DNA of 64,000 nt, from positions 2,046,001-2,110,000 of the forward strand of contig CM074813.1 of NCBI GenBank assembly GCA_037447605.1, written 5' to 3'. A program made the position numbers and the translations under genes. Below are positions 53,410 to 64,000 of the stretch, piece after piece; position 1 is the first letter of the stretch, and each line of letters starts with the position of its first letter. Under the pieces are notes generated by a model that saw only the letters and a list, made by a program, of their open reading frames with translations, did no database searches and was not told where the DNA came from. This DNA comes from Zygnema circumcarinatum SAG 698-1b. Taxonomy: Eukaryota > Plantae > Zygnematophyceae.

Positions 53410-53680
53410 CCCCTCAAACCTCAAATCGCTCACACCCCCCACCCCCCAAAAACCCTCAATCCCCTCAAACTCTTCAAATCCCTCAAAACCCTCAAATAGC
53501 TCAAAGCCCTAAATCCCTCAAAATCTTCAGAACCCTCAAAACCCTCAAAACTGCCTAAATCCTAAACCCTAAAGTCTAATTCCTAATCCCGATACCCTAA
53601 ACCCTGACTCCTGAACATTCAACCCTCAACCCTCAACCCTAACCCCCAAACCCGAACCCTAAACCCTAACCCGAAACACA
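53410..53680. repeat. Degenerate interstitial telomere-like array (CCCTAAA / CCCTCAA)
   Basis: Perfect ccctaaa at about 53508, 53567, 53594 and 53656 among ccctcaa/ccctaa variants. Confidence 0.65.
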
Positions 53681-53867
53681 CTGAAAATACTAAAATAGCC
53701 AGTTCAATTCATCTGTACACAATGTTTGGAAGTCGGCTGAGAGAGCGCTAGAGAAAGTGGGGGAGAGAAAAAGGAGAGAGGCCGGGCGAGAGAGAGACAG
53801 AAAGTGAGGTTGCCTTTATTGTATCATCTAGCACATGCACAGCAATTGATAGCCCGCCTCGTCGAGG

Positions 53868-54296
53868 CTACCCAGGTCCCACTTTCGGGATGTCGTAATG
53901 CTCACTCATATTGGCTAAATACTTGTTGAACTCCTCAATCTTTTGCCTGTGTGATTTTGAAGCTATTTTCGCTGCCCTCTTCATCTCCAGCTCCGCCGCC
54001 TGCTCGTGGTAGCGCTTCTCCGCCGGCGTCCTGTGGTCCTCCGCCGGAGGGCCCTTCTGCGCCTCCTCCTCCTCCGCAGGAACTTCGCTCGGGCGGTCGT
54101 CCTCCTGCCCCCCGCCCTCCTCCTGTTCTTCTTCTTCCTTCCGCAGCGCCTCCTGAGCCTGCTGGAGGGCCTGCAGCTGCAGAGCGCTCAGCCCCTGCTT
54201 CTTCTTCTTCTTCTTCTTCATGCCGCCATCCTTCACTTCGAGCGCTTTCCCTTTCAGACTCAGCTTACCTCCGATGACGTTACCAAATCCCGACAT
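53868..54296 (-). CDS. FAM32A: FAM32A-like (DUF1754) small nuclear protein, intronless CDS
   Basis: GGKLSLKG..KKKKKKK..RTPAEKRY..ASKSHRQKIEEFNKYLANMSEHYDIPKVGPG. Confidence 0.92.
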   Translation of the reverse strand: MSGFGNVIGGKLSLKGKALEVKDGGMKKKKKKKQGLSALQLQALQQAQEALRKEEEEQEEGGGQEDDRPSEVPAEEEEAQKGPPAEDHRTPAEKRYHEQAAELEMKRAAKIASKSHRQKIEEFNKYLANMSEHYDIPKVGPG

Positions 54297-55214
54297 TCTG
54301 CTTGCATGCCGTCACTCGGTCAGTCGTTCGGATAACCAGTTAGTCAATAATCTGCGACACACAGAAATGCGCTCGAAAGGTCACAACTGGCCCGATGCAG
54401 GTCAGAGTCAGAGTTTCTAAAATACTTCAAAAAATTCTCGGCCCTCCAAAGTACTGCCTTGCACACTAGCAAAATCCTGAGGAAAAATCGGCTGCCCATT
54501 CGCCAATTTTCATGCGGGGCGTTCGTTTTTCTCAGGCATTGAGACTTTCGGGATTCATTCAGTGTTTGAAGAGTTTCAAAGTTTTAGGGTGCCTAGGCCC
54601 ATCGTTTGAAACAACATCCCTTATAACTGTAGAGAGAAAAAACACAAAAAAATACATATATGCTATACCGAAAAGATATGCAGGTATGCTTACAAGAAAG
54701 GGCAAAACCTCACTTACCACTTTGAATTCCCACTGCGATTGCCTCTGCACCGCTCGCAGTCGCCATCGGCAGAGGCCAGCGCCAGCGCCAACCGCTCAAC
54801 AAACCCTAACGGAACTGCCGTTCAGGGACTCCCAGCCGTACAGTTGCGTGCAAATACGATCCATTAATACTGTACTTATAGTAATGTGGCTCGGCCGACA
54901 ATGGAGTCAAAAGGACGGCCGCGCTGGAGGCGCACCACAAATCGATCGACGCACTTCACCCAATCTTGTGTCGACCAATCACAGTACGTAGAATGATCTA
55001 TTTTTCTAGCGTGGCAATCACCCATTCGTCCGTACGCATTCCGAAGTCACGCCAGCTTGTCGCATCCTCCCGCTGTCTGCCAGTGTCGGCGCCGGCAAGG
55101 GGCTGCCGGCGAGCCGGCGATATCGCGATGTGTAATTCGATACGGACGTCGGGATAAGATACATACGATACAATTTTAGTCGTATCGGCATTGGCCGATA
55201 TTAGGGTTGCCGCC

Positions 55215-58200
55215 ATGGCCAGCCCTTCCGCTCGCTTTCCCTTCCCCTCCCTCGGAGTAGCCATGGCAGTCCCGGCAGCAGAGCGCGCCACGTGGCGCTG
55301 GAACCGGATATGGCGCCGGCTCGCCGACCCCTCTGATCGCCACGCCGCAAGCATCGTAGCCGTGGCGCTGCTGCTGCTGGACGCCGCCCTTTGCTTCGCT
55401 CTGGTTCTGAGAACACCCTGTATGTACCCTGTACTGCTGCTGCTGCTGTCAGCTCCTCCTGGTTCCTTTTCGAATTATAAGAATCAAATATCTAGATATC
55501 TAGATTGAATGTGTCGAAGTCTGTTTTGTTTCTAGGGTTGTAAGGAATTTCGTCATTTTTTAGGTTTCTCAGTGCATTCCTTAGGCAACCAACAACCAGT
55601 AATGCAATTAATCTTGTTAGCTGATCAAACCGAAATGAACCGTTCTTTCAAATGAAGCAAAGAGGACACAAGGGTTTGGTAGTCTTCTTCATTTTTTGCC
55701 ATCGCTCCATTTCTCATCATAAAGTTAGATGTAAATGAATGTTTGAGTCACTGTGCGTTGACCCTCCCCAGGGGACGTGTAGGAAATATTGCTAACTGCT
55801 TTGATTGATATCCTCCATATCACGCTTCCCTAGCAGGACACTTGATGACATCAATTAATTCACTCAAAGAATTCTTATTGCCAAAATTATCGCTTTTGAA
55901 AAAACTGGCTTGAAATTGTGAAATTGAGCAGAAAAAAAGCTGCTTGCTTAAACAAGCAGCTATTCCTTCATAATTGCTACGTAAATATCGTTCAAGTTAC
56001 TTGCATATATTTATACTACTGCCTGAGCAAGTGCTGGCAAGGTTTGAAACTTTTCAAAGTATCACTAATCTATGCATCAATTGTGAAGGGCTTCATGATG
56101 GTTTTGGTGCTGGTCCTTGGCAGATACAAAAATTGATTGGGATGCCTACATGGAACAGGTCCGTAGACGTAAACCCATACATGCCTGAGTACAATACCTG
56201 CCTTTTGCTTTCAAGTTGCATTTCAGCGATGGACTGACGGGAGGTTACGTGCTGGACATGCTTCTATAGTGAGAATCTAAGAAAGTTCATATAAAATGCT
56301 ATTTCGATAAATTCCCTCCTTTATACATTCAAGTTTTTCATGCGCAGTTCTTTATTATGTTTGCCGCAGGTTGAAGGCTTCTTAGTTGGCGAGAGGGACT
56401 ACTCAAAGCTGGAGGGTGACACCGGACCACTTGTATATCCAGCCGGATTTCTGTACGTCTTTGCGGGTTTGCGATATCTGACAGATGGTGCTGTCTCGTT
56501 GGCCCAGGTGACACGTTTGACTAGTTGTATTCCCACCCATCACAGAAAAACCAAGCAAGCGTCTTTAACGTCTTATTGCCCCTATCACTACGAACTAATG
56601 ATCTTTTTAGTATGCCGGTCAAAAACAGGAGGAGCACAGAACCTGATGTTCGGTCTGTCCTGTTCTGTTTTCTTTTGCTTCCGCAGCGTTACTTCACTGG
56701 ACTGTATCTGCTCAACCAAGCGATTGTGTTCTTCATTTACATCAGAGCAGAACTGGTGAGTGCCCTCTTGTTTCAGGGCGAATTAGGCTTACATATTTCA
56801 AATTTTTCACTGCCCCCTCCCTCCAACAACCCTTCCTCTCCTCTGGGTATCCTCCCCTGCCCCTCCCAGCCCCTGCCTTCCACCCCCATTCGTTGGATTG
56901 GTTTCTAGTAGGAGAGTCTCTGCTTTGTTTCAAAAGTTGCGATTGTTTGCTCCACTCGCAGGTCCCTCCCTGGGCTCTGTGTTTCCTATCACTCTCCAAG
57001 CGCATCCATTCCATTTTTATGCTGCGTCTTTTTAACGATTGTATTACTATGACGCTGCTCCATTTGTCGATAGCAGTTCTCCAAAACGGTTGGTGGAATC
57101 TTGGGCTTATAATTTTCAGGTGAGGCCTTACCCTACTGTTGAGTTTCCTTATTGGTTGAGTCCTGAATACTTCTTGCCGAAGAAGAAAGCAGTTTTTTTA
57201 AGCTGTTTTGACGTCTTGGTTGAGTTTCTCAGTGTTTTGAGTTTGTTTTGGCTCTCGTTTGGTCAATTAGAACCCTCTCTCTCTCCCCCTCTCTCTCGTT
57301 CTCTCTCGCTCTCTCTCTCTCTCATTTTGTGAGTCAAACTTGCTGGTTTGTGGTGGAATGAGGGGCAGAACAGTGCCGCGGTTTCGGTGAAAATGAATGT
57401 ACTGCTTTTCGCTCCCGGTCTCTTGTTGATTCTTCTGAAGGTGCATCACCTTTCCTCGATCAACTTGCTCTTCTGATGTGAACCGTGTGTTTGCCTCTCA
57501 TCTCCTCTTTCTTTTTACCTTTCTGCCTCTTCCTCCGTCTCTCCCTCCCTCCCTCTCAATCGGCCTCCTAGGCTGATTACGCTCCTCATCTCTCTCCCTC
57601 ACTTCCTCTGCCTTCCTCCTTCCCTCTTCCGCTTTATGATCACCGCCTTACTCGTCAACCGCTCCATTACTCTCCCACTGACACTTACCACTCCATTGTA
57701 TTTCCCACTCTCTCCATCTTTCCCCCGCTCTTTCCCTTGCCACTCTCTTGCCTTTCCACTAGTGTCTTCCTCGAATGGTCGTCCTTGTCATTCCTTCTAT
57801 CCTCCTTAAGTCCCTTTTGTCCGTTCGTCCTTAGTGACGCCCTTTCTCATGACCTGTACAATATAGCGGTTTAACTTTGCATTGGAAGCAAGGGATGAGG
57901 AAGTCACTGATGGGTTCTTTCTTTTTGGTGTTCGCTGGCCAGGGAACTTCCTTAATGGGAGTGTTTCTTGCTCTTGCATGCGCTGCATTGTTTCAGGTTA
58001 CTCTGACCTCCTCATTGTGATACGTTGGCATTTTTTCCTTGGATAGACAGAAAGCGAAAGGAAAAAAATCTCTGTGCCTTTTCTGAAGCTATTTCTGCAT
58101 AGCTAATCAGAGAGGTGATTGTTGAAGTTGAAATGTCAAAGCAAGGTCATGTTGCCATTGCTTTCTGAATTGATTGGCGTTGGGTGTTGTTGGCCATCCA

Positions 58201-59934
58201 TAGCTGCTTGTAGGGTTGCCATTCCTTCTGCACTATCCCTGGTCGTACATTTCTCGAGCCTTTAACCTCGGCCGTGTGTTTATTCACTTTTGGTAAGTGG
58301 ATCCTCCATAGACTCAATTGCATAGGGACAGGCAATTTGACCCATGTAGTTGAGGAGGAGGAGGAGGAGGTTTTTAGTCCATTGAGCACCTCTGGTACAC
58401 TTTCACTATGTCAGGCTTCATGCATTCCGTGGTGATTTTATGAAGCCCATGTTTTCCGACTTCCAATGCAGGTCTGTGAACTTCAAATTCGTACCGGAGC
58501 ATATTTTTGTATCCAAGCCATTTGCCCTTTGCCTTCTCTTCATGAATCTGCTATTGCTCTTCCTTTTTGCAAAGTTTCGATGGTGCAGGTCAGTAGCCTT
58601 TCCTGCAGCTTCACCCTTTCACTGTCTCACAATTGGAAAGAGAAGCAATTACTTTTTCTTATGTAGTATGGACTTAATTCGTCATTTATTTCCTTTTTTT
58701 CCAATCAGTTTACTCCCTTTTCCTTTTCCGTGTCCCTTTTCTGCTCATCCATTGTACTCTCACGCACTTGTACGCCATCAAGCCATTGTCCATGCGCCTT
58801 GGCATCCATGTGTTGTTTCAGTACTTGCTCATTCTCAGAGTTATCACGTGAAACTAATCCCTTTTGTCAGGATGGCTGCCATGACTGATTTGTTGATGTG
58901 AGCAGACCCGAGGGGGGTGTTCTGCCTGCTATTGGCTGGAAGCCCTTATCAGCTACCAAAAAAACTCGAGACTCCTCTCCTAAAGAGCCTCCTTCAGGCA
59001 ATTCGAAGCTATCAGAACATGGTAAAGTCTTCTCCCCCTGAGTACACCAAACTGTCATAAAATTCTACATGCAATGGATCAAATGACCATTCGTTGATTT
59101 TTACTTCTGCATAAGATACATACAGCTCTGTGTCGAACCCAGCCTTGTCCACTTTGTGCACTGTCAGCTCCACCATATTTCTTGAGAAGGTTCACATTGT
59201 GTAGTGCAATCTGGGTTTCTCAGAGTCTCCAGCCATTACTCGTCCAAGCCTGCAAAGCCGAAGCCGTCAAAGCCTGTTCGATGCTGAAGTCTGATGTGCT
59301 GCCTTTCTGCTCTGCAGACATAGCATTGATCATGTTCACGGGAAATTTTATTGGAATAGTATGTGCTCGAAGCTTGCACTACCAGTTTTATTCTTGGTAA
59401 TCCTCCCCTTTCTCCTCTCTCACTGTTCGCAATCTAATCCCATCATGCCATTTGCCTTTCTCCATTTCCCAAGCCTCGCGTCCCTCTCCCTTCCTCCGCT
59501 CCCTCTCTTTGTGTATGTCTCCGTCTCTGTAGCTTGGACATCGTAGTGATCTTTTTGGATGGGGCGTGCAGGTACTTCCACTCTCTCCTTTGTCTTCTGT
59601 GGCATACAAACTTCCTCACTCCTTTCAGGTATGCCTTTTACGCTGCAATGGTGCCACGGGTATGGCCATCTCCCTGTGAAGGCCCTAAAGCTCTACAAAA
59701 TCTAAGAATCCTAAACAGTGAAGAAGGTTTCAAGACTTGCTGCTGGAAACTTTAATAGTCGTGGGCTACCTTGGTTTGGTTTGCAGACTTCTGCTGTGGT
59801 TCATTGTTGAGCTCTGCTGGAACGTGTACCCTTCCACGGCAGCTTCGTCTCTTGCGCTTCTGGCGTGCAACTTGGCACTCCTCGGGGGCCTGTGGACTTT
59901 TGGGCCTAGTTTTCCTAAAGGGAAGAAAGAGTGA
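55215..59934 (+). CDS. ALG3: Dol-P-Man:Man5GlcNAc2-PP-Dol alpha-1,3-mannosyltransferase, ~12 exons (start could be 55263)
   Basis: P|YTKIDWDAYMEQ|VEGF..RDYSKLEGDTGPLVYPAGF; LSKRIHSIFMLRLFND; SVKMNVLLFAPG; FNLGRVFIHFW|SVNFKFVPE; NFIGIVCARSLHYQFYSW|YFH; ELCWNVYPST; ends KGKKE*. Confidence 0.95.
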
Positions 59935-60732
59935 TGCCCTTCTTCCAGAGTTTTTTTTTTTCTGTTCAGACAGTGAGACATTTCAGGCCCTTCGTGTAAT
60001 TATGCGGCTGTGTGCTTTGTGCAAAGATTGGTATGAATATGCAAAAAGCTGAGGAGCAAGGGAGGAGCAGGAGCGCAGTGCGTTACACAGTTGGCATCAT
60101 GTCACATCATTTCGCGTCAAATCATCGTATAGTACGTTCTACTATGTCACATCATAGCAGGACAGCTTTGTTGTATTTCCGTTTCTTGTATGGCTTGCAT
60201 CTTGTCTTTCTCCGGGTTGTTGCATAGCAAGCATGTCATTCAAAAGGAAATCGCGAAATTTCACTATTTACTCCTACCTTGTCCTATAGGTTGGGATTTT
60301 TTTAGTTTCCTTTTTTTTCTAGGGTTTTAGGATTGTCGGACCCATCAAATCCTTCCTCAGCACAACAGCGCGTTGTGAATGAACTAAAACAACGAAGGCC
60401 ACAGCCAGGAAGGGTTAAACACAGGTGGATAGTTCCGTGCGAACTATCGCAAGTGGAAACCATTCGGCAGGACCAAACAATCTGGACATTTTCAGCTTTT
60501 GCACACCAACATACAATCTACAACGCATGCACGCAGCCCTTCCCAAAACTGTTGAATAAACTCCTGTACTGCGCGTGAGCATGTGAGCTTATTTGCAGAA
60601 CCATGCAACATCACGCGCCTACGACCTTCCACGACCTCCACTTCTACTCATCGTCTTCTTCTTCTCCTATATGATACAGCGAAATAACAATACATTTGGG
60701 TGCAGGTTATGCTCCACCCATGCATGGTAAGG

Positions 60733-63700
60733 CTACTTCCAGACTGAGGGCAATCCCCACGCGTTTGCTGTCAGCACCCCTTCAGCTGTCAGCCCCCCTT
60801 CAGCATCATCACAGAGACTTTCACTCTCATCCCCGTCGTCATAGTCGTTTGCCGTAGAGGCCTGCGTGTACGTGCAATCTTCCCGAGACGGAGAGCTTCC
60901 CGATAAATGCCCGGAAATCTCAGGACAGTCAGAGGGAGATGAAACGAGCTCAAGATCCTCCTGATGCTCAGTCAGGCCTGGCATAGCCATCTGCGGCATA
61001 CCTTCTCCCTGGCTCTCAATCTCTTCCCCTCCTTCCAAATATCTTCGTTGAGTTCCTCCGACTCCTGTACTCTCCAAAGAGCTCCTCTGTTGCTCGTCTT
61101 CCGTCCCATTCAGTGCCCAGCTCCATGGCACCATTCCATCTACCTTGTGGAACCTACACCGACTCGCTCTCTCTTCCCACTCGAAACCCCACTTGGCTAT
61201 CTCACCACAGTCTCCCCCTGTGCATACTGGTGCCAACCCTCCGGGACTGACCATGCCCTCCAGCTGATGCTGAAAGCAGCGGCACACTCGCTCCCCTGGA
61301 TAGCCAAACACAGCCTGCTTTGCGCAGTCAGGCACTTTGCATCGAGGGTTTTTCAGCGCCACCATGCCATCCAGCTTGTGCTTGGAACATCGAACCATCT
61401 TAGGAGGGTCCAATTTGGTTCTCGCTCGTGGTCCTGGAGGCAGGGGGTAGCCATAGCCTGGAATTTTTTGGCATCCCTGAAATTCGCACTTCCCGTTTCG
61501 AATATCGGTCATGTCTGGCACTTTGTGCTCAAAGCAAAACGATGCTCTGTAATCATCCGGGTATCCGAAGTACGGTCTCACACCACAACCTTCTTCGACG
61601 CACCGCCTTTTCTCCTTAACGTTGACCATTCCCTCAAGCTTATGATGGGAACACCATCTACCCAGTCCGCCAGGGTAGTTAAAGTTTGCGATTGTAGGAC
61701 AGTTTTGCGCACTGCAACGGTGGGAGGGATGCGTGCCCCTCTTGTCTACCATCCCCTCCTCTCTATGGCGCTTGCATCGAGTGGGAGCATGCTCCCGAGG
61801 CTCCCCAAAGTAGGGCATATACTTGCAATCCTGATGCGTACACTTTGGCAGCTCCATACCGTCTGCTCGGTGCTCGTCACAATACCGTGGCTCCCCAGGA
61901 TAGTTGAAAAGACCCATCTTGCTGCATCCACGCTCAGCACAGACATGTGTTGCCCTTGCCCTGAAACGCAACATTTGAATATCTAACCAGCTTGCAGGTG
62001 CAGGTGGTAGAGAATCCTGATTTGAAGAGAGAGAAAACGCGCAGTCTGGCTGCCTGCTCGCAGTATTCTGTTCAGGATCAGTTTGGTTTTGCTGATGCTC
62101 CTTTTGAATGAGCAACGATGTGTCTGACATGCATGGGACGAGGGTCAACGGGTCAACCAGGCGTGAACTCATCTCATCTGCATTCAATGACTCCGCAGCA
62201 TTGCTCGCCTGCTGCCGATCCTCGCACGAATGGGTTGGAGAGGATGGCAAGTCGTCCTCAATATCCCATTCTTCGTCATTCATAGAAACTGCATGAAAAC
62301 AGTTGACGGGTCCATGTCAAGACGAACTTGTTCAAGAAACAAAAAAAACAAAAAGATCCTCCTCTGCTGTTAGACCTTGTGTGAAAATGAAAATGCTGAA
62401 AATCCTGAAAATGAATAACTCCAAGGGAGATCTCACCATCTGCATCGGACGTACGCATCTCCATTAGTCCCTCGTGTACCTCTTCCTCCTCCACCCCTCC
62501 CTGTTGCATCTGCATCTTTTCCCTCTCTAGCTGTGCTCTGGCCACGTCTGCTGCCTCCAGTCCAATCTGACCATATTCCGCCCTCTCCAAGGGAATGGCT
62601 GCTTGAGACAGACCCGGCACTGACACAGGAATAGCAGCCTCGGTTGCATCATAGGGCGATTCTAGCGACGCGAGCCGACTGTTTGCCGGGGGAAACTCGC
62701 CGAGAGGCAGTTCAAAAGAAGACGTAGCAGGAGCGTCACGAAAGGAAGCTGCTGAGAGTCCCTGCTGGGACAGAAGGCCCTGGGCGCAGGGAGGGACTCC
62801 TGGAAGCTGCGGACTGCCCACTTGCACCTGACCATACAAGAATTGACCCCGAATTCAACAGCACAGAAATAGTCAGGCTGGCACCGCTGCAGTGCCTTGC
62901 TCTATTAGGTGTACATATTTGTACACAATCAATCAGATCTAACGTTGCCTTATACTTTCCGTTAAATATGATAGTCAGGCGCCTATCGCTATGAGTAATA
63001 TCTCCCTTTTTTCTTTTAAAGGGGACCCTCCCCCGTCAAAACTCACCAAAGTAGAACTACCTCCCCCCGTGCCGTAGGCGGCACTGGTGGCGGCTAGAGC
63101 TCTTTCCCCCACAACGGGAGGAAGAACGCTGCTGCTGCCAACTACTGGTCGAAGGTTTGAACGCACTCCCTTCCTTCGCGCAGTTTTGCGGCGTCGATTT
63201 CCATGCTTTCGATCTACCATGCCAAGAAGCATATGCGTCCCACACCTGCACCCACGCCATGCATGCATGCATATGTCGAAAGATTCAGCAAGTGAATAAC
63301 GCTTTCATAAAGCGAGAGCAAATGGACTTAATGGAAGTGGCCAACTGACTTCCGAAAGCGAAAACGTATCTGCTTTATAAGTTCGCAGTTTGACCTGACA
63401 CGCGGGCTGTTGGGCCAGCCAAAACTTGCATATTTGTTGCAGTTCTCAGCCTGACAGTGCTCCGATTTGCACTTCTCAAGGCGGCGCTTGGCGTGCTTCA
63501 GATTGACCATCCCTTGCACAATGTGCTGCGAGCAGCGCAGCTTCCTGTCTCCGGGGAAACCAAAAGACGCATGTTTTATGCATCCTTGAACGCGGCATTT
63601 GGCACTGTAGTTCGGAACTTTTCTTGACGCTGAACAGAAACACGGCAAGCACACAATCCATCATTCTACATGCCAAAAGCAATCCAACGAGCAAAACATT

Positions 63701-64000
63701 CTTGCTTCAAAAGGCAAGTCCCGTAGCCTTGTTCAAGTACAGACAGGGCATCTGATCCACCTATATGCCTGGAGCCTGTACCAGCTGGCGAGCAACGACA
63801 AACATAGACTCGGTCTATTGAGTAGCTTTGTTCTCGAAACGCACGACTTGCAGCAGGATACGAGGACGTGACTTACGCCTGGAATCTCTTCCATTTAATC
63901 GTAATTTCCTTTCCTCGTCTCCATCTTCGAATGCCTGCATTGTGCCTCCTAATACTCAATCAACCTAATTTCAAATAAGCAAGTATGCAAACGTGCAGTT
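60733..64000 (-). CDS. EsV-1-7 cysteine-rich repeat protein (5' end beyond the window or not resolved)
   Basis: Seven C-x4-C...F/Y(G/N)...C-x2-H...GMV repeats at ~61110-61950 and at least two more in exons ~63240-63620; the clusters are joined by spliced low-complexity exons (62276-62839, acceptor at ~62289). Confidence 0.8.

Noticed and set aside
60964-61986. 340-aa plus-strand ORF, and the 216-aa ORF at 20177-20827, as overlapping antisense genes
   Set aside because: They are shadows of well-supported opposite-strand coding exons and show no recognisable motifs.

Overview
Eukaryotic genomic DNA with GT-AG introns, microsatellites and 10-N assembly gaps. The plant-like PRP39, ALG3, TTC5 and serine carboxypeptidase suggest a streptophyte green alga or non-seed plant (inference). 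The first ~13 kb is a transposon graveyard: a decayed Crypton/NDC10-type tyrosine-recombinase element, a TIR-bounded hAT-like deletion derivative with small hairpin elements, a Ty1/copia LTR retrotransposon with TSD, and a 5'-truncated CRE-like non-LTR element. The remainder is gene-dense: TTC5 (-); two convergent paralogous polysaccharide pyruvyltransferases (+/-) enclosing a PhyH fragment, a tRNA-like element and an orphan secreted Cys protein; an S10 serine carboxypeptidase (+); PRP39 (-); a nine-FN3, tail-anchored FNDC3-like gene (-) with an inverted exon copy in one intron; a degenerate telomere-like array; FAM32A (-); ALG3 (+); and a 5'-partial EsV-1-7 Cys-repeat gene (-). No CRISPR, rRNA or prokaryotic operon is present. 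Gene models were assembled by eye, so some exon edges are approximate, and family calls come from remembered motifs rather than database searches.
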